The notes beneath the pieces were generated by a model, which saw only the letters and a list, made by a program, of their open reading frames with translations, was not told the DNA's origin and ran no database searches. Below, piece after piece: positions 23,238 through 33,640 of a stretch of 64,000 bases of DNA. The stretch comes from Calditrichia bacterium. Its GTDB lineage: Bacteria > Calditrichota > Calditrichia > JAJRVZ01. Within the stretch, counting starts at the first letter, position 1, and the number at the start of each line of letters is the position of its first letter. The translations under genes were made by a program, and so were the position numbers. Location: the NCBI GenBank assembly GCA_963796965.1, contig CAWCNS010000011.1:160001-224000 (forward strand). The letters run 5' to 3'.

Positions 23238-23930
23238 ATCTTCTACGAAGATTCTATTCTCTGGATTCGATATTTATCTACAATAATTCCAACCTCTACG
23301 AGGTTAGGGTTATGTCTCCAATCTGAAGCAAATACACTTTAATTGATATAAACAAAATGCTATTGAGGAATGCCCATTAATATCTAAAACAAAAGTCAAT
23401 AATATTGCCGTAGAGGATTGATTATTGTATTTTACCATAATTCCATCCTCTGCGAGGTTGGGGTTATGTCTCCAATCTGAAGCAAATACACTTTAATTGA
23501 TATAAACAAAATGCTATTGAGGAATGCCCATTAATATCTAAAACAAAAGTCAATAATATTGCCGTAGAGGATTGATTATTGTATTTTACCATAATTCCAT
23601 CCTCTGCGAGGTTGGTGTTATGTCTCCAATCTGAAGTGAAGACGCTTTAATTGATATAATGTTATTGAGGAATGCCCATTAATATCTAAAACAAAAGTCA
23701 ATAATATCGCCGTAGAAGATTGATTATTGTAATTTACCATTATTCCAACCTCTACGAGGTTGGGGTTATGTCTCCAATCTGAAGTAAATACGCTTTAATT
23801 GATATAAATATAATGTTATTGAGGAATGTCCATTAATATCTGAGACAAAAGTCAATAATATCCTCGTAGAGGATTGATTATTGTAGCAACAAAATTATTC
23901 AATACGAATATATCATCCTTGTAGAGGATG
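23238..23930. repeat. Tandem array of four ~154-bp units bounded by inverted REP-like CTAC/GTAG hairpin ends
   Basis: Unit starts at 23283, 23437, 23591, 23739; units near-identical; hairpins AACCTCTACGAGGTT and ATCCTCGTAGAGGAT. Confidence 0.92.
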
Positions 23931-24024
23931 AATACAATAGTGGTATTGAGATAACAATCATAATAAACAGAAACAAACCATCGATATTAATTTTCCAAAT
24001 ATCCTATTAACTAACCCAGAAACT

Positions 24025-24612
24025 ATGAAAAAAATATTGATTTTATTTGCCCATCCCGCATTACAAAAGTCCCGGATCAACCAGGTGTTAATAGAGGATA
24101 TCAAAACCCTGGAAGGTGTAACTTTCCACGATTTATACCAACACTATCCTGAGTTTGATATTGACCGTATAGCTGAGCAAAAACTCCTCAAAGAACATGA
24201 CATAATCATCTTCCAGCATCCTTTTTATTGGTACAGCACACCAGCCATTCTAAAGGAATGGCAGGATCTTGTATTGGAACATGGTTGGGCTTATGGTGGA
24301 GAAGGTAATGCTCTGAAGGGTAAAATATTTTTTAATATTATCACCACGGGTGGCAAGAAAGAGGCGTATTCTACTGAAGGATTTAATAGGTTTACCATGC
24401 GTATGCTTCTTGCACCCATTGAACGGACAGCGATCCTGTGTAAGATGACGTATCTACCTCCCTATGTTATTCACGGTACACACGCGATTGCCCCGGAGAC
24501 TGTAAAAGAATTTTCAGACCAGCTTTTAAAAACCCTCGATCAATTACAAAATGATCATGTTGATCTTAAAAAAGCAAGAGAACTTTCATACCTGAACGAT
24601 TATTTGAAATAA
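24025..24612 (+). CDS. kefG: KefF/KefG-type NAD(P)H oxidoreductase (flavodoxin-like)
   Basis: FAHP..SRIN, DLYQHYP, PFYWYSTPAILKEWQD, GWAYG; directly upstream of a Kef transporter. Confidence 0.85.
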   Translation: MKKILILFAHPALQKSRINQVLIEDIKTLEGVTFHDLYQHYPEFDIDRIAEQKLLKEHDIIIFQHPFYWYSTPAILKEWQDLVLEHGWAYGGEGNALKGKIFFNIITTGGKKEAYSTEGFNRFTMRMLLAPIERTAILCKMTYLPPYVIHGTHAIAPETVKEFSDQLLKTLDQLQNDHVDLKKARELSYLNDYLK

Positions 24613-24621
24613 GGAAAGTAT

Positions 24622-26520
24622 ATGCACGAAGGAGGTTTTTTTTTCCAGGCATTTATTTTTTTGGCAGCCGCTGTTTTATCTGTTCCCATCGCTAAAAAAC
24701 TGGGCTTAGGGTCAGTGCTAGGCTATTTATTGGCAGGGATATTAATAGGACCCTTTGTTCTTGGTTTAGTCGGGAAAAATGGCCAGGATATCATGCATTT
24801 TGCTGAATTTGGGGTCGTGATGATGCTCTTCCTGATTGGGCTTGAATTGCAACCCGCGGTTTTGTGGAAACTTCGTGGGCCAATATTGGGGATGGGAGGG
24901 CTTCAGGTTTTATTGACCACCACATTGATCATGTCAGTGGGACTTTTCTTTGATCTTAGCTGGCAAACAGCATTAACGATTGGCTTAACCCTAGCCCTTT
25001 CCTCCACAGCCATTGTATTACAAACCCTTAACGAAAAAGGCCTGATAAACACACAGGGTGGTCAAAATGCTTTCTCTGTCTTGCTGTTCCAGGATATCGC
25101 CGTCATTCCAATTCTTGCAATCTTGCCCCTTCTCGCAACACAATATAGCAATAATAGTAAGCAGGTAATCCAGGCAGAACATGCCGGAACCTGGATAGAT
25201 ACTCTTCCAATTTGGGGTCAGACTATCACACTGATCGGTGTCGTCCTCCTCATTATAATAGCAGGTAAATATCTTATTAGCCCCGCTTTTCGCTTAATTG
25301 CTCAAACCAGACTACGGGAACTATTTACAGCAGCGGCCTTATTGTTGGTCATCGGTATCGCCCTCCTGATGACGAGCGTGGGACTAAGCCCTGCTCTGGG
25401 GACTTTTCTTGCAGGTGTTGTATTGGCACAGAGTGAGTACCGGCATGAATTAGAGACGGATATTGAACCTTTTAAAGGATTATTACTGGGTCTTTTCTTT
25501 ATCGCCGTTGGTGCATCAATTGATTTTAATCTCATTGTATCATCCCCGCTTATGATAACGGAAATGGTCCTGGGGTTGATCGTTATAAAATTTATCATTC
25601 TTTTTGTTATTGGGAAATTTTTCAAAATGGGTTTGGACAATAATCTATTATTTGCCTTTGCGCTGGCTCAGGGTGGTGAATTCGGTTTTGTTCTATTCTC
25701 ATTTTCTGTTCAGCATTATGTCCTTGATCCATCAATTGTAAATCCATTGATGGCTGTAATCGCCGTATCTATGGCTTTAACACCTTTGCTCATGTTAATC
25801 AATGAAAAATTGATCCAGCCCAAATTTGGTACAAAGGAAGGAACAGAAAGAGATGGAGATAAAATTGAACAAAAATTCAAAGTAATTATTGCTGGATTTG
25901 GACGGGTTGGCAGTACTATCGGTCGATTTTTACAAGCCCATGGCGTTAATGCCACCTATCTTGACATTGATCCAGACAACGTGGATCTCCTGCGTAAAAT
26001 GGGATTCAAAGTATTTTATGGCGATGCGGCAAGACAAGATATGCTTCATGCCGCTGGTGCAGACCAGGCAGATCTGCTTATTGTTGCCGTAGATAATCCA
26101 GAAAAAACATTTCAAATTGTAAGCACATCAAAAAAGCATTTTCCAAACCTAAAAATGATGGTTCGGACTAAAAGCTGGAACGATTCTTATGACATTATTG
26201 ATTTGGGTATAAAAAATATCTACCGGGAGACATTAGACTCTTCTCTACGTCTAGCCGCCGATGCGTTATGTCATTTAGGCCATAGAAAGTTTCAGACACA
26301 TCGCGCTATCAAGACCTTCCGCAAACATGATGACATTTACTTGTATGAACTGGCTGAGATGCGACATGATAAAAAAGAGCTGATCCGTGGCGCCAAACAA
26401 CGTATTGAGGATCTGGAAACTTTGTTACTCACTGAGATTGAAAATATTGGCAAAGACAAAGATCTTGGTTGGGATGCCACTACGTTGATCGAAGAGTTTG
26501 GGGAGCACCCAAAGACTTAG
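24622..26520 (+). CDS. kefB: KefB/KefC glutathione-gated K+ efflux antiporter (CPA2 + TrkA-N)
   Basis: LGSVLGYL, LALSSTAI, LLFQD, EPFKGLLLGLFF, AGFGRVG. Confidence 0.88.
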   Translation: MHEGGFFFQAFIFLAAAVLSVPIAKKLGLGSVLGYLLAGILIGPFVLGLVGKNGQDIMHFAEFGVVMMLFLIGLELQPAVLWKLRGPILGMGGLQVLLTTTLIMSVGLFFDLSWQTALTIGLTLALSSTAIVLQTLNEKGLINTQGGQNAFSVLLFQDIAVIPILAILPLLATQYSNNSKQVIQAEHAGTWIDTLPIWGQTITLIGVVLLIIIAGKYLISPAFRLIAQTRLRELFTAAALLLVIGIALLMTSVGLSPALGTFLAGVVLAQSEYRHELETDIEPFKGLLLGLFFIAVGASIDFNLIVSSPLMITEMVLGLIVIKFIILFVIGKFFKMGLDNNLLFAFALAQGGEFGFVLFSFSVQHYVLDPSIVNPLMAVIAVSMALTPLLMLINEKLIQPKFGTKEGTERDGDKIEQKFKVIIAGFGRVGSTIGRFLQAHGVNATYLDIDPDNVDLLRKMGFKVFYGDAARQDMLHAAGADQADLLIVAVDNPEKTFQIVSTSKKHFPNLKMMVRTKSWNDSYDIIDLGIKNIYRETLDSSLRLAADALCHLGHRKFQTHRAIKTFRKHDDIYLYELAEMRHDKKELIRGAKQRIEDLETLLLTEIENIGKDKDLGWDATTLIEEFGEHPKT

Positions 26521-26607
26521 AGAGTGGGGCGTTGAGCGTAGAGCGTTCTGAAGAGAGAAAAGATAAGAGGGTGTAAGGGGCGTTAGCCCTAAATATTCAA
26601 TGATCAA

Positions 26608-26633
26608 GTAGGGGTGGACCCGTGTGTCATCCC
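26608..26633 (+). repeat. GTAG-type REP-like palindrome
   Basis: GTAGGGGTGGACCCGTGTGTCATCCC; interrupted relative at 11566-11626. Confidence 0.6.
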
Positions 26634-26713
26634 AAATTATATATTGTGAACATTAGATCATACAATTTCCAAGCACCCGGAACCGAGTTCCCAGTTCCTA
26701 ATTACCAATTCCA

Positions 26714-27799
26714 TTATTTTTCAAACAACCATAAATAACCGCCGTACCCTTCTTCCTCCATCTTGTCCTTTTCAATAAATCGCATAGAGGCGGAATTTAC
26801 ACAATATCGTAATCCCGTTGGTTCCGGACCATCGTTGAAAACATGCCCCAGGTGAGAATCAGCGATATTACTCCGTACTTCAACACGGGCCATACCTAAC
26901 TTATAATCAATCTTTTTTGTCAGATATCGCGTATCAATGGGCTTAATAAAACTTGGCCAGCCACTTCCTGAATCGTATTTATCGGTGCTGCTGAAAAGAG
27001 GCTCTCCTGACACCACATCGACGTAAATCCCTTCCTTTTTGTTGTCCCAGTACTCGTTGGCGAATGCTCGTTCCGTGGCATCTTTTTGGGTGACCTCATA
27101 TTGTAGATTATCCAACTTGCTCTTTATTTCATTCTCTGCAGGAAGATTATCGCGGTAGGTAGTTGCCTCTCCCCACATATGTCGGATATAATCACTTCTG
27201 CCAGATCCTTTTTTATAGTTATTATACCTTTCAGGATTTGTTTTGTAATAATCCTGATGATAATCTTCAGCATTATAAAAGGTAGTAAATTCTTTTATGG
27301 GCGTAACCACAGGCTTGTCATATTTCCCTGATCTTTCTAACCTCTCTTTTGATGCCTCCGCTATTTTTTTTTGTTTATCATTATGATAGAATATTGCCGA
27401 CTGGTATTGTGTTCCACGATCAAAAAAGGAGCCACCTGCATCGGTAGGATCAAATTGTTTCCAATAGATATCTAATAATTCCAAATAGCTGATTACCACA
27501 GGATCAAAATAAACCTGTACGGCTTCCAGATGGCCAGTTTTACCACTGGAGACCTCTTCATAGGTGGGATCTTCTTCTTCACCCCCGGCATATCCGGAGA
27601 TCACGCGATCAACACCATCAAATGTTTCAAAAGGCGCTTCGACACACCAGAAACAGCCGCCGGCAAAGGTGGCCACCTCTAAATTGCCTGAAATTTTGCC
27701 AAGTTTTTCATCACTTTTCTCAGCATTTGAATCGCTTGTGGTACAAGCAAATAATAATGTCATCATAATCAACCCACTCATTTTTTTAATAGTCATCAC
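26714..27799 (-). CDS. msrAB: Bifunctional methionine sulfoxide reductase MsrA/MsrB, lipoprotein
   Basis: [33 protein letters not shown]; lipobox LLFAC. Confidence 0.95.
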   Translation of the reverse strand: MMTIKKMSGLIMMTLLFACTTSDSNAEKSDEKLGKISGNLEVATFAGGCFWCVEAPFETFDGVDRVISGYAGGEEEDPTYEEVSSGKTGHLEAVQVYFDPVVISYLELLDIYWKQFDPTDAGGSFFDRGTQYQSAIFYHNDKQKKIAEASKERLERSGKYDKPVVTPIKEFTTFYNAEDYHQDYYKTNPERYNNYKKGSGRSDYIRHMWGEATTYRDNLPAENEIKSKLDNLQYEVTQKDATERAFANEYWDNKKEGIYVDVVSGEPLFSSTDKYDSGSGWPSFIKPIDTRYLTKKIDYKLGMARVEVRSNIADSHLGHVFNDGPEPTGLRYCVNSASMRFIEKDKMEEEGYGGYLWLFEK

Positions 27800-28151
27800 T
27801 TTACCTTAAAGATTTTTTACGTTAACGAATTTCATACGTTCTATACTATAATCTAAAAATCAATATAATATATTCCCGTAAGATAAATGTAAGTAAAAAT
27901 ACCTTGGAACAAAATATACCTATTCGAGCGTATATAATTATAGCCACTTGAATTGTTAACTTGTTTTCAATTACCGAAAAATAGATCTCAAAGTACGTTC
28001 ACAGAAATGATTGTACCATTCAAAGAAAACTATGTACCTTTGATCAATGTTATATTTGCAGTTTAGGTAGTGTCATCCCGATAGAATCGGGATATGAAAA
28101 AATGAAAAATAGGTTTAAAAAAAGAAACCGCAGTTTAACAAAGGAGGTAAT

Positions 28152-28790
28152 ATGAAAATAGGTATATTAGGATCGGGAGGTGTAGCTCAAACACTCGGGA
28201 CTGGCCTTTTAACCTTAAATCACAGGGTGATGCTGGGGACACGCGATCCCTCTAAATTGGCAGAATGGCTAAAGGAGAATACTACTGCAACTGCCGGATC
28301 TTATGAGGATGCTGCTCTTTTCGGGGAGGTAATAATTTTGGCAACCTTTGGCCTGGCAACCCGGACAGCTATTGATCTCGCCGGTAGAAATAATTTTAGT
28401 GGTAAAATTGTCATTGATGTCACCAATCCTCTTGACTTTTCTGAGGGTCCTCCCCCAAAACTTAAATCCTCATTCGGACATTCGTTGGGCGAACAGATCC
28501 AAAAGGAAATCCCGGAGGCCAAAGTTGTAAAAGCATTTAATTCGATTGGTGCTCACATCATGATTAATGCCAAACGCGAGGAAGGTGTGCCTAATCTTTT
28601 ACTCGCCGGAAATGATAAAAAAGCCAAAGACTGGGTTGGAAAACTTGCTGCCCAGTGGGGTTGGGATGAAAGCATTGATATGGGCGGTATTGAAAATGCT
28701 TACTGGCTCGAAGCATTCGCTATGCTCTGGATGGTTTATGCTTTTAATAATGATCACTGGCAGCATGCCTTTAAGTTTTTAAAGAAATAA
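28152..28790 (+). CDS. NADP oxidoreductase, F420-dependent family (COG2085)
   Basis: IGILGSGGV, VIDVTNP, VVKAFN; SD GGAGGT. Confidence 0.88.
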   Translation: MKIGILGSGGVAQTLGTGLLTLNHRVMLGTRDPSKLAEWLKENTTATAGSYEDAALFGEVIILATFGLATRTAIDLAGRNNFSGKIVIDVTNPLDFSEGPPPKLKSSFGHSLGEQIQKEIPEAKVVKAFNSIGAHIMINAKREEGVPNLLLAGNDKKAKDWVGKLAAQWGWDESIDMGGIENAYWLEAFAMLWMVYAFNNDHWQHAFKFLKK

Positions 28791-29046
28791 TCTCGTAATT
28801 AGTAATTGGGGATTCGGATTTGCGCTCCGAATAAAGGGTACCTGGTTTTGGATACGTGTGAAAGCATGGAGGAATTCATTCCAATTTGCTTTCCGGAAGA
28901 AAGTGTTTTAATCGCGAGACATTGGATATCTTTAATAGAAAATAGTAAATAACTGATTAGCGAACTGAGAATAAGGGTTCAAATTTTCAAATCATCATTA
29001 ATAAATCTCAATTCACTCTTAAATTGCCTTGTTATCATGATATAAA

Positions 29047-29859
29047 TCAAAAATGATAGTTTAGACTGATCCCCGTAAATCCATTCGAAAAGTTGTACCC
29101 GGCTGACAAATGATTACCATTACCCACTTTATGAAGTTCCGGGATAAAATAGCCAATCAACGCACCAATGGCATACCCAGTCATAACATCTGTACGAAAA
29201 TGATGCCCCGAGTCCCTCCTCAGATAGCCAACTACAGCCGGATACAGGGCGGCGCCGACCCAGATGAGGGTTTTTGTCGTTGAATTATCGAGATAATCGG
29301 AAAATACTTTAGTGACATAAAATGACAGGGCCGCAGCCGTTGACGTATGCCCAGAGTAGAAGGAAACGCGAGCAGCCCTACTTGTTTTTATATCCATTGG
29401 CGTATCAGGATCATAGACATAGGGTCGTGTGCGTAAACTCACACTTTTAACAATAGCATTCAATCCAGCCTGAATAAGCAAGACTTCCACCCCGATCACA
29501 CTAAGCATTTTCCAGTCCCGTTTTGTATTTTCATTGGCCAAAAAGTTTAGTGGTAACAAAAAAGTGGCATACAAGAGCAAGTCTCCCGCCATTGACTCAC
29601 GATAGGTACCAATGTCATGGCGATCAAAAGCATTGATATCATTGGGATCGAGATGGGCAATCTCCTCTGGTGTCAAAGGAGTAATACTATTCATCATGAT
29701 CAGGCCTGTGATCCCCATAGCTGCCCCACTACCCAGCAGAATGGTCTCGCGTGTTGTCTCAAGGGTATAGGGTGATTTAAATTTCATGGAATCCGGAATA
29801 TTTTGGCCCAGGGCTGCCATGTTCAGTACGAACAAGAAAAGAAGACTAAATTGTTTCAT
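29047..29859 (-). CDS. PAP2 family phosphatase, exported
   Basis: K-x6-RP, SFYSGH, R-x5-HFRTD; signal peptide. Confidence 0.88.
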   Translation of the reverse strand: MKQFSLLFLFVLNMAALGQNIPDSMKFKSPYTLETTRETILLGSGAAMGITGLIMMNSITPLTPEEIAHLDPNDINAFDRHDIGTYRESMAGDLLLYATFLLPLNFLANENTKRDWKMLSVIGVEVLLIQAGLNAIVKSVSLRTRPYVYDPDTPMDIKTSRAARVSFYSGHTSTAAALSFYVTKVFSDYLDNSTTKTLIWVGAALYPAVVGYLRRDSGHHFRTDVMTGYAIGALIGYFIPELHKVGNGNHLSAGYNFSNGFTGISLNYHF

Positions 29860-29997
29860 TGGGTATCTAACCGATCAGATTGAGATGAATATTTAGAAAA
29901 GATTAAGCGTATTAACAAAAAAATCCTCAGGTTTAATCCCACCCTCACGAGTTATCACCCTGAATGAATATCCAGCATCCTCCTTCTAAATTAATCC

Positions 29998-30081
29998 TTA
30001 TGGAAAAAAGGGTTCAAAAGATAGCCAGGAAAGATCATCTGGAATTGATAATGTCAGATTTGAGACGAATGGAAAGAACAT
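29998..30081 (-). CDS. Candidate 27-aa Phe-rich small ORF
   Basis: AAGGAG-5nt-ATG; MFFPFVSNLTLSIPDDLSWLSFEPFFP. Confidence 0.35.
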   Translation of the reverse strand: MFFPFVSNLTLSIPDDLSWLSFEPFFP

Positions 30082-30112
30082 GCTTTCTCCTTAAATTAAA
30101 TACATCTTAATG

Positions 30113-30182
30113 AAACCCCTACGGGGTTTTCAAATATGCTGAAACAATTTTCATCGCTACAACAATATTAACTCTACGAGGT
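30113..30182. repeat. Solo composite REP-like end related to the 23.3-kb array
   Basis: AAACCCCTACGGGGTTT, 27 nt, CTACAACAATATTAACTCTACGAGGT. Confidence 0.65.
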
Positions 30183-30341
30183 AACACTCAGATTTAGAAA
30201 AGATTTTAATCAATACTCAATAGCCCATTGTTGATAACCGATAACCATTGAATTTCCACCTGAGAATAATTAAACACTGTCAGTCAGTTATACCTTTGTT
30301 AATCTGGTATTTTTCCATATGACAATACATATGCCTTTCAG

Positions 30342-30722
30342 TTAGCGAGCCCTCAGTTCCGCCCTGTATTTCCAGTTGACTAAAAAAAGTATCCCCACTA
30401 AGGCTGCAGTCCCTGATATCGTAGCATAGGCACTCCAATGGAATCGCCCCCAGGTGCTAACCAGGTAGAAGAATGCCATACCAATAAACAGTACCGCCCC
30501 TACCCATTCCCAACGCCAGGCGATGGCCAATACAATAAGAACAATATATACCGGAAGCAGGTGGATGAGGAAACCAAGTATAGATTCCCAAATTGATGAA
30601 TTTTCAGAGAAAGCATCTAGGGCAAACAGACTTAAAAACATGGCAAAAAGGATACATAAAATTCTGGGGGTCCAAAAAAGCATTTTTTTTGTGTTTTCAT
30701 TCATTTTTATATTCCTCAACAT
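30342..30722 (-). CDS. Small 4-TM hypothetical membrane protein
   Basis: WTPRILCILF..LFALDAF, IHLLP, AWRWE; likely start at MNEN. Confidence 0.8.
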   Translation of the reverse strand: MLRNIKMNENTKKMLFWTPRILCILFAMFLSLFALDAFSENSSIWESILGFLIHLLPVYIVLIVLAIAWRWEWVGAVLFIGMAFFYLVSTWGRFHWSAYATISGTAALVGILFLVNWKYRAELRAR

Positions 30723-30845
30723 TTAAATGGTAGTTCTATAGGTTTGGTTTAGATGTTTGAATGTAAAATCAATAATTTTCCTCTTGAGCCAGCCTATAAT
30801 TATGTGATGATCATAAATGAGTAAATGTTTGACAACTTGAATGAT

Positions 30846-30861
30846 AGAAAGTTAGTGCCAA
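30846..30861 (-). promoter_or_regulatory. Possible degenerate sigma54 promoter
   Basis: Minus strand TTGGCAC-TAACT-TTCT: perfect -24, non-consensus -12; downstream of a Fis-HTH remnant. Confidence 0.35.
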
Positions 30862-31017
30862 AAGCAAGGTTCATGATTTAAGTATTTGGTAATTCTAACG
30901 TTAGGAGGAATTATTGGAAAATGTGATAGAGCAAATTTGTTCTAAATATATAGACAGGTGTATGATATTATATAACAAGACATTGTCGTTTACGCCTGAT
31001 TGGCTGGGAGGGAGGAC

Positions 31018-31266
31018 TTACTTTTTTATTGCCAATTCTTTAATTAAACGGTTTAGATAGGTTCTTTGAATTTCCAGATGTTCAGCAGCTTTAGATTCCT
31101 GAATAAAGCGCTCTTTATTGCTCTTGTTTTGACTCAAATAAGGGGACAGAAACTTTAAGGCAACAAGCCGATCAAGTTTCAAATCACGGGCTTTGTATAC
31201 CACCCCCATACCCCCACGCCCCAACTCTTCGATTATATCGTAATGTGATATTTTTTTTCCAAGCAT
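31018..31266 (-). pseudogene. Chimeric remnant: Ser/Thr kinase N-lobe joined to a Fis-type HTH tail
   Basis: [24 protein letters not shown] then [20 protein letters not shown]; no HRD or DFG motif. Confidence 0.75.
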
Positions 31267-31544
31267 ATTAGGAATCAAATAAATAAACTAAATTGAAAGA
31301 CAAGATAGAAATGTTGATGACCAATGGATCATTCTTCTTAGAATTGAATAGAAAGTACTTCAGGATGGGTATAATCGCAAGAAATTTTATATTTTTCCCA
31401 TAGCCAAGTCGCAAAGGAGAACAGAAAAAAGTGAAAAGAAATAAAACAAAATTTCATTGCGACTTAGCGTCTTGGCTAGATGAATACTCCAGACTAATTT
31501 TTATTTTGCACAACAGGATGGATTGGATTATTATAATCCCTGGT

Positions 31545-33575
31545 TCAGTGGATCGTTTGTGTATGCGATAAGTCACCACGTTTATAAAAAATAAAACGGC
31601 CATCTTCTTCGCCAACGATGAGATCCAGTCCTTCCGGATTGCCGAAATCTGCTGGTGCCGGTGCACAGGCATGCTGGCCGAGAAAAATGGGTTCACCTCT
31701 AAATTTTAATAACTCAGGAAATGCAAACAGAGGTTCCGTATTTGTGTTAACGTTTCGCAAAAAAAGGACTGCCGATCCGGGAAGTCCCAGTGATTGTGGT
31801 AAACCATTTTCCGGATTGGGAACCGAACCATGGCGTGGTGTACCAACTATCAGATCGATACGGTCATCCTGATCCCAATCCACCAGGTTTAACTTAAGCC
31901 GTCCCGTCCCTCCGGCATGAAGAAAGTTGGCACCGATTACCTTCCCCTCCTCCAGTTTTAATTTCCCCCCATCCTCAAGGTTATAATCATCTATACGCCA
32001 GTATAAATGGAATTGATCATCATCGTCTAATGCCACATAAGCCATCCGTGTGCCTAATTTTGCTACAGCCGGTTTAACACGCCAGGTACCATGTAAATCC
32101 AACCCATCCATGTAGAGTGGATGACCGGCAGCAAGTCGTGGATTCGTTCGATCACCCTGATTAAGAAATATCGTATGTCGAGCCGTACAATCACTCATTA
32201 GAATATCAGGAAGACCATCACCATTCCAATCTGCCACTGTTGGACATGTATATCCCCAGCGTGCTTCTCCGGGACCCTGAATATCCATCCGGTAACCAGA
32301 TTGAACATGAATCTCCTGTCCAGCGGCTTTTAATGGAACGGCTGGCAAAAAGGCAGGTATTTCATTTGACCCTATATTTTGAAAAAACAATATCCTACCC
32401 TCAGAGTTACCGGAAACAAAATCCATTTTTCCATCCCCATTCCAATCCGAAACATTTGGGACAGGTAAGGTACCGCCATAAAGATCGGCATCTTTTTGGA
32501 GAACCGGCTTAGGATCATTATAGATCGGTTTGCCGGTGGTTGTAAACTTTCCTGTAAACTGATAAAAGTACAAGGCTCCTTCACCGCCAACTACCAGATC
32601 TGAAAAACCTGTTTTATTATTTGGATAGGCTATCGGAGAGGCTTTCACGATGGGATGGCGGTGGGCATTACCGTCTGATCGCACAATATGCACCCGCGCT
32701 TCCAGGGCGACACCCTGATCCACGGTATTGTGATAATAGTGAAGGCCCCCGTAATGGGAGCCGACGATAAGATCTCGTTCTCGCCCGGTACCTAAATTTA
32801 CGATAGCTAACTGATCATATGAAAACAATACCTCGCGTTGGGTTACCGAAATCTGGCGGATTTCCTCTGGGGGGCCGGCGAAAAAGGACCGTAATGTCAC
32901 CGCATAGAGAAAAACATAAGGTAATCCTCCCCGCCAAATGCCTGCACCATCATAGGGTTGATACCGGGGATCTCTGCCACTAAAATCCTGCGGGCGACTG
33001 GAAACGCCATCGGAGATTTCAAGGAGAACCTCAACTGTACCGTTTGGGTTTGGCAGAATGGTAAGGTTCTGAGGATGTCGTGGTAAATTATTAAGCAAAA
33101 TACGATTCTTCACATCAAATGAAATTTTTTCGCGATCAAAGATTGTATGTACCAATTCACCCTTTTGAATCCATAAACCATGAATAGTTCCATCTGAAGA
33201 TTGGTAAATGTTGCCGGCAGGTGGGTATTTCTTCTCAAATGGATGGGTCACATGTACACCTTCACCAAACACAGGTGTCTCATCTTTCGATGTTTCCAGG
33301 AAGGGGAAGAGGAATAATCCGGTATCTTTGCCAAACCGGCCGGTGCCAACAAAAAGGTCCGGGTGATCTGACCCAAATACAGAGGCAAATCCAAGCGGCG
33401 TATTTATTACTGCATGAGTGGCTAGCGGACCCAGCTGATCATTCGTGCCTACCAGAATCGGTTTACCACTCGAAAGAGGGCTCGCAGACCACCCGCTTGT
33501 TCCAACAAGAACAATCATGAGTGGGATTGTAAAAAAGTTACGAAATCCGGGCAAGTGGAGGAGACCATTTTTCAT
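31545..33575 (-). CDS. FG-GAP/VCBS repeat beta-propeller protein, exported
   Basis: DWNGDGKMDFVSG, DWNGDGLPDIL, DWDQDDRIDLIVG, DLIVGEEDG. Confidence 0.82.
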   Translation of the reverse strand: MKNGLLHLPGFRNFFTIPLMIVLVGTSGWSASPLSSGKPILVGTNDQLGPLATHAVINTPLGFASVFGSDHPDLFVGTGRFGKDTGLFLFPFLETSKDETPVFGEGVHVTHPFEKKYPPAGNIYQSSDGTIHGLWIQKGELVHTIFDREKISFDVKNRILLNNLPRHPQNLTILPNPNGTVEVLLEISDGVSSRPQDFSGRDPRYQPYDGAGIWRGGLPYVFLYAVTLRSFFAGPPEEIRQISVTQREVLFSYDQLAIVNLGTGRERDLIVGSHYGGLHYYHNTVDQGVALEARVHIVRSDGNAHRHPIVKASPIAYPNNKTGFSDLVVGGEGALYFYQFTGKFTTTGKPIYNDPKPVLQKDADLYGGTLPVPNVSDWNGDGKMDFVSGNSEGRILFFQNIGSNEIPAFLPAVPLKAAGQEIHVQSGYRMDIQGPGEARWGYTCPTVADWNGDGLPDILMSDCTARHTIFLNQGDRTNPRLAAGHPLYMDGLDLHGTWRVKPAVAKLGTRMAYVALDDDDQFHLYWRIDDYNLEDGGKLKLEEGKVIGANFLHAGGTGRLKLNLVDWDQDDRIDLIVGTPRHGSVPNPENGLPQSLGLPGSAVLFLRNVNTNTEPLFAFPELLKFRGEPIFLGQHACAPAPADFGNPEGLDLIVGEEDGRFIFYKRGDLSHTQTIH

Positions 33576-33640
33576 TGTCACGTAGATCCTTATCACTCCT
33601 AAAAGAATATGGGGAATACACTTTTAAATATTGGCGATGT

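Noticed and set aside
23278..23886. CRISPR array
   Set aside because: Whole 154-bp units repeat, there are no unique spacers, and no cas genes are in the window
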